Translations under genes and position numbers: made by a program
In this document: in pieces, positions 39,777 to 48,519 of the stretch
Numbering within the stretch: the stretch's first letter is position 1
How the letters are laid out: each line of letters opens with the position of its first letter
Notes under the pieces: model-generated
Told to the model about the DNA's origin: nothing
Database searches by the model: none
Seen by the model: only the letters and a program-made list of their open reading frames with translations
Virus record (IMG/VR): IMGVR_UViG_3300010354_000057
Span: 24,109-88,108 of that record
Direction: 5' to 3' (one strand)
Source: a virus
Length of the DNA stretch: 64,000 nucleotides

Positions 39777-39952
39777 ATACTAATCCTGAATTTCCATATG
39801 AAAATTTTCCTTACAAATTAGAATATAAAGATGGTAAAGAAAAAAGAGTTTGTTACTTTGAATGTAAAGAACATTTGGATAAATATCTAGTTCGTTATAA
39901 TATCAAAAAGAAGGATGCTGATATTCACATTAATAAAAAAAAGGTTAAGTGA
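39773..39952 (+). CDS. Small hypothetical protein, 59 aa (not in ORF track)
   Basis: MNTNPEFPYENFPYKLEYKDGKEKRVCYFECKEHLDKYL... Confidence 0.6.
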   Translation: MNTNPEFPYENFPYKLEYKDGKEKRVCYFECKEHLDKYLVRYNIKKKDADIHINKKKVK

Positions 39953-40025
39953 AATAAAAGATTACATTTATTTACGAAAATTGAGAAAAAGATTAAATAA
40001 GAAAGATCCCTTTATATACAAATGA
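39915..40025 (+). CDS. 36-aa basic micropeptide ending DPFIYK
   Basis: MLIFTLIKKRLSEIKDYIYLRKLRKRLNKKDPFIYK; ATGA overlap with carbamoyltransferase start. Confidence 0.6.
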   Translation: MLIFTLIKKRLSEIKDYIYLRKLRKRLNKKDPFIYK

Positions 40026-41446
40026 TAACCTGGGGAATTTCATCGGAAAGTCATAATGCAGCACTTTCAGTATTCGTAAGTGATAGACTTGTATTTGCAA
40101 GTGAAAGTGAGAGGTTTAGTGGTATTAAAAACGACCCATACTTAAATGATGGCATAATTAACTATGCACTTAAGTTTGGAAACCCTGAATTGGTCTGTTG
40201 GTATGAAAATCCGTATAAGAAAACACTTCGACAACTTCTTGCGGGACAGGGATGGATACAAAACGTCAAGAAGTATGTTGATGCTCCAATCAAGTATTAT
40301 GATCATCACTATACTCATGCTTGTGCTGGTTATTTCACCAGCAAGTTTGATGAATGTTGTGTGGTGGTTATTGATGCTATAGGAGAATTTCAAACACTCA
40401 CAATATGGGAAGCGAAAGGAAATAAACTAAAACTTAAATTTCAACGTAGATATCCACACAGTATAGGACTTTGGTACTCTGCAATGACCCAAAGATGTGG
40501 ATTAAAACCAAATGAAGAAGAATATATCCTCATGGGCATGTCTGCTTATGGGGATAAAAGAGTATGTGAAGATGCAATATATGATGATTTCATTGGATTT
40601 AGAACATCAACTTTTAAGAAAAATTTACATAAAGGATGTGAAGATTGGAGACCAAATATAAAAAACAATTTTCATATTGCTGCAGCAACTCAAAGCGTTT
40701 ATGAAACAATGTTTAGAGATGTTCTTCAGAGAGCATCTAATATTGTAAAAAGTAATAACTTAGTTCTTATGGGTGGATGCGCCTTAAATTGTGTTGCAAA
40801 TCCTATTGCATATTATTACTATGATAATGTGTGGATTATGCCTGCTCCTGGTGATAATGGATCTGCAATTGGTGCAGTTCTTGCACATAAGAAACATCAT
40901 ATTGATTGGCATGGACCATACTTGGGTTATCGCATTCAACCAGTTTCAACAAATGAAGAGATTGTTGATCATCTTTTAGAACATAAGTTGTGTGGACTTG
41001 CCAGAAATCGTGCAGAGTTTGGTCCTAGATCTTTAGGTAATCGTAGTTTACTCGCAGATCCTCGTGATCCTAATATTAAATCTGTTGTGAATGATATAAA
41101 ACAAAGGCAACAGTTTAGACCATTTGCACCAGTAATTATGGAAGAGTATGTTGAACAATATTTTAGAATGCCTATGAAAACATCTCCTTATATGCAATAT
41201 GCAGTGAGATGTAAACAGTCTAAAAATTTCCCTGCAATTGTCCATATAGATAAAACAAGTAGAGTTCAGACTGTAAATAAATCTCAGAATGTAGAACTTT
41301 ATAATCTTTTGAAGTTATGGTATGAAAAAACTGGTTGCCCAATGCTTTTGAATACAAGTTTAAATATTAAAGGAAAACCAATTGTTAATGATGAAAAAGA
41401 TTGTAAAGAATGGGAAGAAACATATGGAGTTAAAGTATTCTCATGA
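40022..41446 (+). CDS. Carbamoyltransferase (NodU/CmcH family)
   Basis: HNAA, ERFS, HH..HA, DAIGE, GGCALN, EFGPRSLGNRS, FRPFAP, LLNTSLN. Confidence 0.92.
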   Translation: MITWGISSESHNAALSVFVSDRLVFASESERFSGIKNDPYLNDGIINYALKFGNPELVCWYENPYKKTLRQLLAGQGWIQNVKKYVDAPIKYYDHHYTHACAGYFTSKFDECCVVVIDAIGEFQTLTIWEAKGNKLKLKFQRRYPHSIGLWYSAMTQRCGLKPNEEEYILMGMSAYGDKRVCEDAIYDDFIGFRTSTFKKNLHKGCEDWRPNIKNNFHIAAATQSVYETMFRDVLQRASNIVKSNNLVLMGGCALNCVANPIAYYYYDNVWIMPAPGDNGSAIGAVLAHKKHHIDWHGPYLGYRIQPVSTNEEIVDHLLEHKLCGLARNRAEFGPRSLGNRSLLADPRDPNIKSVVNDIKQRQQFRPFAPVIMEEYVEQYFRMPMKTSPYMQYAVRCKQSKNFPAIVHIDKTSRVQTVNKSQNVELYNLLKLWYEKTGCPMLLNTSLNIKGKPIVNDEKDCKEWEETYGVKVFS

Positions 41447-41652
41447 AATATTTTAAAGAAAATGATATTGTAGTGTATATTGGGTGTTCTCAAGAACAGA
41501 TAAATTGGGGATCTAATGATGATCCAAGAACAATACTTGTTGAAGGAAATGAATATGAAATAGAAGTTGTTGATATTCATTCTCAACATACTAAATTGAC
41601 ATTGAAAGGAATTCCTGGTAGATTTAATAGTGTCTGCTTTGATAAACTATGA
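41443..41652 (+). CDS. Hypothetical protein
   Basis: Coupled ORF. Confidence 0.6.
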   Translation: MKYFKENDIVVYIGCSQEQINWGSNDDPRTILVEGNEYEIEVVDIHSQHTKLTLKGIPGRFNSVCFDKL

Positions 41653-41792
41653 CAATTCGCACTCATGTTCAAAAAGATGGTACTATTTGGGAATGGGAAG
41701 AAACAAAGGAATTGAAAGAATGGATTTCCCTACAAATCGCTAAAAAAGCAATGGCACAATATGATGGTGCATTAAAGGAGCTTGCTGACTGA
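41649..41792 (+). CDS. Small hypothetical protein (47 aa)
   Basis: Translated by hand; coupled on both sides. Confidence 0.5.
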   Translation: MTIRTHVQKDGTIWEWEETKELKEWISLQIAKKAMAQYDGALKELAD

Positions 41793-41986
41793 TGATTGAT
41801 GATGCTTTTTATGTTGAGCAGAAAAAATGGGGAACTTGGCAATCTTATGATAAAGATGGTAATGGGTTAGTTACTTCTCTTACTGAAGAGCAATGTATAT
41901 CAGCAACCCGTTTTATTCTTAAAGGGAGACAAGAAGGTTTTATAGAATCAAAAGTCTATGATGGTGAAGTTGGTGGAAAACTCTAA
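41792..41986 (+). CDS. Hypothetical protein
   Basis: Cyanophage-type C-terminus YDGEVGGKL. Confidence 0.6.
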   Translation: MIDDAFYVEQKKWGTWQSYDKDGNGLVTSLTEEQCISATRFILKGRQEGFIESKVYDGEVGGKL

Positions 41987-42005
41987 TGTAAAGTAACTAT
42001 TCTTT

Positions 42006-42794
42006 ATGTCTACTTTTAAATGGATAAAAAACAAACAATTCTTATCAAAACCTAATACATATTGTATTCATAATCTTGGTGATAAACCATTATATGAAAA
42101 TATATATGAAAATAAAGAAAATATAAAGGGTGTTTGGGATTTTTGTACATCAGATTGTCAATCAAAATATGAAAAAGTGTTAGAATATAAACCAAAAAAT
42201 TGGTACTATAGAAATAATAAAGTTAAATATACTTTAAATTCTGAAGGTTATAGAACAAAAGAATTTGATGAAATTGATTGGAAAAATTCTATAGTAATGT
42301 TTGGGTGTTCTCATGTTTTTGGTACAGGTAATGATGATGATTTTACTATACCATCTTTGTTAGAAAATAAAGTAAAAATTCCCGTAATTAACATGGGAAT
42401 TAATGGTTCATCTATAAAATCTACGGCACATAATTCTTTTTCTTTGTACCATTCATACGAAACACCAAAAATGGTAATTTTTGGATGGACATATTTATCT
42501 AGAAGAGGTGAATATAGTGAAGATGGTATTAATGGAGATCATACTTATAGAAGTTTAGAAAATGCTACTGATAGTGTGTTAACAAACATGTTATTGAGTA
42601 ATTTAATAAAAACTATTTGGGTCAATAAGTGCCCAATATATGAATTTTCATTCTCTCAAAATACCTCAAAACTATTAGGTTGTGACTATTATAAAAATAT
42701 AGATTATGCGAGAGATGATGTTCATTATGGGATTAAAAGTCATCATATTATATCTGAAAAAATATATAATAAGATAAAAGATAACATAAAATGA
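42006..42794 (+). CDS. SGNH/GDSL-like protein
   Basis: NSEGYR..EF, FGCSHVFG, NMGINGSS, D..H. Confidence 0.65.
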   Translation: MSTFKWIKNKQFLSKPNTYCIHNLGDKPLYENIYENKENIKGVWDFCTSDCQSKYEKVLEYKPKNWYYRNNKVKYTLNSEGYRTKEFDEIDWKNSIVMFGCSHVFGTGNDDDFTIPSLLENKVKIPVINMGINGSSIKSTAHNSFSLYHSYETPKMVIFGWTYLSRRGEYSEDGINGDHTYRSLENATDSVLTNMLLSNLIKTIWVNKCPIYEFSFSQNTSKLLGCDYYKNIDYARDDVHYGIKSHHIISEKIYNKIKDNIK

Positions 42795-42892
42795 AAAAAA
42801 TAATTAATAAAATAAAGAAGTATTTTGAAAAAAGATACATGGAAAAATTAAAAAGAGATCTAATGAAAGAAGATCCATTTATATACAAGTGA
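42791..42892 (+). CDS. 33-aa basic micropeptide ending DPFIYK
   Basis: MKKIINKIKKYFEKRYMEKLKRDLMKEDPFIYK; ATGA overlap with SGNH stop. Confidence 0.65.
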   Translation: MKKIINKIKKYFEKRYMEKLKRDLMKEDPFIYK

Positions 42893-42895
42893 ATT

Positions 42896-43039
42896 ATGAT
42901 TTATCACGTATTAGATCCTACTACTCCATGGTTTGAATGGTTGTCATATTGTGAGTGTTGTGCTAGTCTAGGTGTTGAACCCAGACTTGGAAGGTTCATG
43001 CGTTACCGTGAGTATTTAAATGAAGTTGGAATTTTATGA
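42896..43039 (+). CDS. Small hypothetical protein (47 aa)
   Basis: MIYHVLDPTTPWFEWLSYCECC... Confidence 0.5.
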   Translation: MIYHVLDPTTPWFEWLSYCECCASLGVEPRLGRFMRYREYLNEVGIL

Positions 43040-43251
43040 CTGAACAACATAAAAAAATCATCTTTTTTTCGTCCATTGGATGGGCATTTTTCATGACTAT
43101 TATTAGTCTTAATCTTATGAATAGGGTAGTTGCATTAGAATTAAACCAATCATTCAACGATGGTGATATTAGATCATCAATCCAAAGACTTTCTGAAGAT
43201 GTTCATCAACTTAAAAGTAGTGAAAATCAATACAGTGGTACATTTGAATGA
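43036..43251 (+). CDS. Small membrane-anchored protein
   Basis: N-terminal TM plus coiled coil. Confidence 0.5.
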   Translation: MTEQHKKIIFFSSIGWAFFMTIISLNLMNRVVALELNQSFNDGDIRSSIQRLSEDVHQLKSSENQYSGTFE

Positions 43252-43508
43252 AGAAGATCATTCTTTGGATTCTAGGACCAATAAAAGAAAAAAAACATCC
43301 CATTAGTTGCATTGATGAAAATTTAGGAAAAAATACATCTTTAATAGAATTAATTTCCAAATTAGAAACTAGAATTGAAAATTTGGAACAAGAAAATATT
43401 GGTCTCACTAATGCTTTGTATGAGACTGAAAACAGGTTACAATCTCAAATTGACAAATTAAACCCACCTACATATAATTTACATAACTATAATCTAGGAG
43501 AACGTTAA
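43248..43508 (+). CDS. Coiled-coil hypothetical protein
   Basis: Heptad pattern. Confidence 0.55.
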   Translation: MKKIILWILGPIKEKKHPISCIDENLGKNTSLIELISKLETRIENLEQENIGLTNALYETENRLQSQIDKLNPPTYNLHNYNLGER

Positions 43509-43509
43509 C

Positions 43510-43800
43510 ATGGCTTTTGATATTACGCTTATTGCTGCCGATGGAACTGAGACTGTAGTTCCTTGTGAAACTGATCAGTATATTCTTGATGCTGCTGAAG
43601 AGGCAGGTATTGACCTTCCTTCCTCTTGTCGTGCTGGTGCTTGCTCTGCTTGTGCTGGAAAAGTTGTGGAAGGTGAAGTTGATAATTCTGAGCAATCTTT
43701 TCTTGATGATGATCAAATGAACCAAGGATTTACCATGCTTTGTGTGGCATATCCCCTTTCCGATTGCAAAATTCTTACTGAACAAGAGGAAAATCTCTAA
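43510..43800 (+). CDS. petF: Plant-type [2Fe-2S] ferredoxin
   Basis: [14 protein letters not shown]...QSFLDDDQ...LCVAYP.SDC. Confidence 0.97.
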   Translation: MAFDITLIAADGTETVVPCETDQYILDAAEEAGIDLPSSCRAGACSACAGKVVEGEVDNSEQSFLDDDQMNQGFTMLCVAYPLSDCKILTEQEENL

Positions 43801-43982
43801 TGTATGAAGATCTCGATAAATTTGAAACTGCTCTTGCTCATTTTGGTACAAGGGTTGATATTATCTGTGCAATGGAGTTAGGGGGAAAAATAAATGCTGA
43901 AACTGCTTATAAGCAAATTAAAGAAGAGCTTAAAGAAGTCAGAAAAATTAGAAAGAGATCAAAAAAAGAACAGGATTTGTGA
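43800..43982 (+). CDS. Conserved hypothetical protein
   Basis: FG.RV.IICA.E.GGKI.AE.AY..IK. Confidence 0.6.
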   Translation: MYEDLDKFETALAHFGTRVDIICAMELGGKINAETAYKQIKEELKEVRKIRKRSKKEQDL

Positions 43983-44138
43983 CAAATGTGGTGTAGAAAA
44001 ACCATTAACTGTAGAATATTTTTCGGTTGTTAAGTATTTTAGAGATGGATTTTCTTATTATTGTCATGATTGTTCAACTCCAAGTAACAAGTCTAAATAA
44101 CAATAAATAAGTAAATAACAAAGAAATCTTGAGATAAG

Positions 44139-44699
44139 ATGGCAGTATTAACCGCAACTGGTGTTACATTTAGTGATGCCACATCATTAACATCAAAATA
44201 TGGAGTTATACCGCAATCCACTGTGGCAGTATTTTTCCAAGCAGCTGCTCCAACAGGATGGACTAAAAGTACAACTCATGATGATAAAACTCTTAGGGTT
44301 GTAAGTGGAACTGGTGGTGGTTTTGGTTCTGGCGGAACTGCTGGGGCTGGAGGCATTTCATTCACTGCAGCATTTCCAGCAACTGCAAAACCAATCGCAG
44401 TTCCTATTTCTGTAACGTCACCAGTTAGTGCTACGATCGGAAATACAACTCTTACTACTGCACAAATTCCACAACATACTCATAATAGTTTAACTGGATC
44501 TGATGCCGCTGCTGCAACAGGATCTGCTCAATTTAGAACACCTGGTAATACTGCTACTGGTGGTGTTGATAGTCCTTTAGGAACTGGTGGAGCACACACT
44601 CACCCATGGTCTGGTAATGTTACCTTGACAACTACTGGAAATACAACAATGGACTTAAGAGTTCAATATGTTGATGTAATTCTTTGCTCATTTAACTAA
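44139..44699 (+). CDS. Short tail-fibre/collar-like protein
   Basis: FFQAAAPTGWTK, TLT..QIP.H.H, GGAH.H, LRVQYVDVI.C; AATAAATA upstream. Confidence 0.7.
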   Translation: MAVLTATGVTFSDATSLTSKYGVIPQSTVAVFFQAAAPTGWTKSTTHDDKTLRVVSGTGGGFGSGGTAGAGGISFTAAFPATAKPIAVPISVTSPVSATIGNTTLTTAQIPQHTHNSLTGSDAAAATGSAQFRTPGNTATGGVDSPLGTGGAHTHPWSGNVTLTTTGNTTMDLRVQYVDVILCSFN

Positions 44700-44700
44700 G

Positions 44701-45270
44701 ATGGCAGTTTTAACAAGTACTGGCATACGATTTGCCGTTTCTGATGAAATAAATTCAAGATATTGGTTGTACCCATCTGGAACAAAAAAACTTTTTGTTC
44801 AATCTGCAGCTCCTACTGGATGGGTTAAAGATACTACTCACGATAATAAAGCATTAAGAGTTGTATCTGGAACTGGTGGGGGTTCTGGTGGAACTAATTC
44901 GTTCACTGCAACATTTACTGCTTCTGCAATTCCAATCTCCGTTCCATTCAGTTCAACACCTCAAGTAACTTCTCCAACTGGTCAAACTTCATATACAGTT
45001 GGACAAACTACACTTTCTATTACACAAATACCAGATCACACTCATAGTAGTCTTCAAGGTGTATCTGGTGGTTCTGCATCTAATCCATTTAGTAATGCTG
45101 GTACTTTTAGAGTTGCTGGTAGTACTGCAACATCTGGAATGAATGAATCTACTGGTGGTGGTGCTCACGATCATTCTTTTAGTGGAACTGCTTCCGTGAC
45201 AACTACTGGATCCACTACTATGGATCTTAGAGTTCAATATGTGGATGCTATAATTTGCACATTGAGCTAA
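44701..45270 (+). CDS. Short tail-fibre/collar-like protein (paralogue)
   Basis: Same motifs as 44139-44699. Confidence 0.7.
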   Translation: MAVLTSTGIRFAVSDEINSRYWLYPSGTKKLFVQSAAPTGWVKDTTHDNKALRVVSGTGGGSGGTNSFTATFTASAIPISVPFSSTPQVTSPTGQTSYTVGQTTLSITQIPDHTHSSLQGVSGGSASNPFSNAGTFRVAGSTATSGMNESTGGGAHDHSFSGTASVTTTGSTTMDLRVQYVDAIICTLS

Positions 45271-45305
45271 ATATGTTATAATTTTTATTATCTATTGATA
45301 TCATT

Positions 45306-45644
45306 ATGCAAGTAAAACAGGGTAATTATTGTCCATTAATTAAAAAAGATTGTATCGGACTTAAGTGTGCTTGGTATACTCATGTCCGTGGTATGAATCC
45401 AAATACGGGACAAGAAGTTGATGAATGGTCTTGTGCTATTAATTGGTTACCAATGATGCTTATTGAAAATTCACAGCAACAAAGATCGACTGGTGCTGCT
45501 GTTGAATCTTTTAGGAATGAAATGGTTAAAGCAAATGAAACAAACATCAATGTTTTATCTGCTGCTGCTCAAATGCTACAGGCATCTCTTGATGAGCGAA
45601 ACACAAAAATTCTTCCTACAGAAGTCAGAGAGGTAAACGAATGA
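45306..45644 (+). CDS. Tail-fibre-associated protein
   Basis: CPLIKKDCIGLKCAW...AAVESFRNEMV, commonly found beside such fibres. Confidence 0.6.
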   Translation: MQVKQGNYCPLIKKDCIGLKCAWYTHVRGMNPNTGQEVDEWSCAINWLPMMLIENSQQQRSTGAAVESFRNEMVKANETNINVLSAAAQMLQASLDERNTKILPTEVREVNE

Positions 45645-46450
45645 GATTAACAGTTATTTACGACGATCATTATATATCAGTAGATGGATATGGTATTCAT
45701 TTTGTAGATAATTGGCCTTTTGACGAAGAAAATGTCCATGCAATACAATGGTATGAGGATCATGGAGAATTAGAATATAAAAACACAGATCCAAATTTAG
45801 AATTTACTGACTATGTAAGAATAGAAAAATATGTCAGTCACTTTAATACTGAAAAAGACAGAATTGAAGAAGAACAAAGAAAGCGTGAAGAAGAAGAAAG
45901 AAAACGCCAAGAAATGTGGCATTTGGCAATGCAAGAACTTCAACAAGAGTTGAATGAGACTAAAATGAATTATGAGATGGCACTTAATAATAACAAACAA
46001 CTTGGTAATAATTTGGAATTAATGTCAAAAAGCTATAGAGAAGCGCAAGAAAATATAGTTACAATGGCTAAAAGTTATGAAGAAACCCAGACACATTTAC
46101 AAATTGCTAATCAAATAAATGAAGAAATTCAAAAAATGCAATTAGAGATTGCAAGTGTGTCTAACCCAGATAATCAAATATTCAATCTTATTCATCCAAA
46201 TGTAATTGATTCAATATCAGAATTTAGTGATGGGGTAGACATGTCACTATTTGAGGATGACACATCAATCGTTAAAGATATTGAAGAACTACAAAACAAT
46301 GTTTCTGGAACTGAGTTTGATTTGTCCTTACTTGAAGATGAATTTGATATTGAGTTAATGGAGGATAGTAATTTGGTTAATCCTCAAGAAAATGAGGAAG
46401 ATTATATTCTTTCTATTGAAGCTTTACTATCTGAGTTAGAAGAAGAATAG
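45641..46450 (+). CDS. Tail-fibre-associated coiled-coil/acidic protein
   Basis: VHAIQW...GELEY N-domain, coiled coil, acidic tail. Confidence 0.55.
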   Translation: MRLTVIYDDHYISVDGYGIHFVDNWPFDEENVHAIQWYEDHGELEYKNTDPNLEFTDYVRIEKYVSHFNTEKDRIEEEQRKREEEERKRQEMWHLAMQELQQELNETKMNYEMALNNNKQLGNNLELMSKSYREAQENIVTMAKSYEETQTHLQIANQINEEIQKMQLEIASVSNPDNQIFNLIHPNVIDSISEFSDGVDMSLFEDDTSIVKDIEELQNNVSGTEFDLSLLEDEFDIELMEDSNLVNPQENEEDYILSIEALLSELEEE

Positions 46451-46489
46451 AATAATATTAACTTTATTTTGATTTGTAATTAATAAAAT

Positions 46490-47701
46490 ATGATAAAAGA
46501 ACTACTTGAAAACAACTATATTGTTGTACCAAACTTTATTGAAAAGGATAATGCAATTAAATTATCCAATGAATTTAAATTATATTCTGAAAAGAATTCT
46601 CTTGTTGGTGATAGTCAGGTAGAGAATTCTCACTCAAAATATGATTATATTTCTTTTTTGGAACTTTTGTGTGAAAAAACTCCAGAAGTTTCTAGAATTA
46701 TTGGTGAAACTGTTTTACCAACTTATTCTTATGCTAGAGTATATAAACACGGAAATATTCTTCCACCTCATGTTGATAGAAAAGCATGTGAAATATCACT
46801 AACTGTAAATTTAGATTGTGATATTATTTGGGATATTTGGATTTCGACGCCAACTGGTGAAAAAAGATCTATTAAGTTAGGTCCTGGTGATGCTATGATA
46901 TATCTTGGGTGTGCTGCAACACATTGGAGAGAAGAATTTAATGGTGAGTTTTGCTCTCAGGTATTTCTTCATTATGTTAGAAGTCGTGGTCCTTATTCAA
47001 ATGTATATTTTGATAAGAAAGAATGTAAAGTATCCAATGATATTTTAGAAGAAAAAGATATCCAGCAAGAAACAAATACTTCACCGACTTTAATTGTTAA
47101 AGATGATGTAAGAAAAGAAGCAATTATCACTTATAAAAGTAAGACACCTTTAGATGAGTACATTAAAATATTTTATAATGTAGTTTCTGATGAAGATTGT
47201 AATCTTATTCTTGACGAGTATGCTTCAAGTAGTGATTGGGTTGAGAGTAGAACTGGTGATGGTAATGTTAACAAACATATAAGAAATTGCGATATCATAA
47301 GTATTTCGCAAGCAAATACCATCATTAAAAATCCAGAAACAAGACAAAAGATTGATCACTTGTTGTTTAATGCTTCTGGAAAAGCATTAAAAGAATACAT
47401 TCAATTATTTCCTCATTGTGAAGTGAATACTGACAGTGGATATGATTTATTGAAATATGAAGTTGGTGGGTATTATTCTTTGCATACAGATTCATTTAAA
47501 GATATTCCACGATCAGTATCTTGCTCATTTAATCTAAATGACAATTATGAAGGTGGTGAGTTTGCATTTTTTGATAAAGAATTAGTTATTCGCGCTCCAA
47601 AAGGTTCTGCAATAGTATTTCCATCAAATTTCATGTATCCTCATGAAATAATGGAAGTTAAAAAAGGAACTAGATATTCCGTGGTAACCTGGTTTATTTG
47701 A
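46490..47701 (+). CDS. Two-domain 2OG-Fe(II) oxygenase (prolyl-4-hydroxylase-like)
   Basis: Domain 1 HVDR..CE, HWRE, FLHY; domain 2 HTD, YEGGEF, FPSNFMYPH, RYS. Confidence 0.85.
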   Translation: MIKELLENNYIVVPNFIEKDNAIKLSNEFKLYSEKNSLVGDSQVENSHSKYDYISFLELLCEKTPEVSRIIGETVLPTYSYARVYKHGNILPPHVDRKACEISLTVNLDCDIIWDIWISTPTGEKRSIKLGPGDAMIYLGCAATHWREEFNGEFCSQVFLHYVRSRGPYSNVYFDKKECKVSNDILEEKDIQQETNTSPTLIVKDDVRKEAIITYKSKTPLDEYIKIFYNVVSDEDCNLILDEYASSSDWVESRTGDGNVNKHIRNCDIISISQANTIIKNPETRQKIDHLLFNASGKALKEYIQLFPHCEVNTDSGYDLLKYEVGGYYSLHTDSFKDIPRSVSCSFNLNDNYEGGEFAFFDKELVIRAPKGSAIVFPSNFMYPHEIMEVKKGTRYSVVTWFI

Positions 47702-48279
47702 TAGTGGAAGAGTATAACGATTTTATTGGAATTTATAAAAATGTCATATCAAAAATTGAATGTGATGAATTTGTAAAGACCATAGAAAATTATTTTGATA
47801 CTTGCAATCAAAATAATTTAATTTACGGTGTTACCCAATTTGAAAATACTGAGTTGGGTAGACATGATTTTTCTATAAATGGACTTGTAAACCTTCCTTA
47901 CGAATCTATAATTATACACAATAAATTAAATGAGTGTATGTACAAATACGCTCATAAGTATTTTACTGTTAAACAATTGACAGCATCTTCAAAAGAAGTT
48001 AAAATACAAAAAACACCTCCGAGAGGTGGATATCACCATTGGCATTGTGAACAATGTAATACTCATACTTCTGGTAGAGTATTAGGGTGGATGGTTTATC
48101 TTAATGATATTCCTGATGGAGAAGGTGAGACTGAATTCATTTGGCAAAAGTTAAGAATTAAACCAGAAGCAGGTAAATTTGTAATTTGGCCTGCTTATTT
48201 TACACACACTCATAGAGGAAATCCAGTTTACTCTTGTAATAAGTATATTGCTACTGGATGGTACACATTTGACACTTAA
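47698..48279 (+). CDS. 2OG-Fe(II) oxygenase
   Basis: GGYHHWHCE, YLND, GETEF, THTHRGN, KYIATGW. Confidence 0.88.
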   Translation: MIVEEYNDFIGIYKNVISKIECDEFVKTIENYFDTCNQNNLIYGVTQFENTELGRHDFSINGLVNLPYESIIIHNKLNECMYKYAHKYFTVKQLTASSKEVKIQKTPPRGGYHHWHCEQCNTHTSGRVLGWMVYLNDIPDGEGETEFIWQKLRIKPEAGKFVIWPAYFTHTHRGNPVYSCNKYIATGWYTFDT

Positions 48280-48294
48280 AATTTAAAGAAAATT

Positions 48295-48516
48295 ATGGCA
48301 CTTTCTAAATCTGTTGAAGAATCCTTAAAAGAAGCAGAAGCATCACTTCGTAATGCTCTTGCATTCGCTGCTCGTCAAGAAAAACCTTTTGTTGCTAAAC
48401 ATATTGCATGTATGATTGCCGACATTGATAATCTTATCAAAGCAGATGAATTAATGGATAAATTAGAAGAACGTATGAAAGGTGATAGAGGAACTTGGGG
48501 TCCATTTGGAGAATAA
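48295..48516 (+). CDS. Hypothetical protein
   Basis: Cyanophage-type MALSKSVEESL..A...LRNALAFAAR. Confidence 0.6.
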   Translation: MALSKSVEESLKEAEASLRNALAFAARQEKPFVAKHIACMIADIDNLIKADELMDKLEERMKGDRGTWGPFGE

Positions 48517-48519
48517 TAT

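Noticed and set aside
40022-41446. Carbamoyltransferase as a DNA-hypermodification (5hmC carbamoylation) enzyme
   Set aside because: No dCMP hydroxymethylase or related nucleotide genes nearby, and the SGNH/PFIY context favours another substrate; not formally excluded
43894-44100. Zn-finger-like ORF (CDKC...CHDC) as an HNH endonuclease
   Set aside because: Too short, start uncertain, no HNH motif; possibly a remnant
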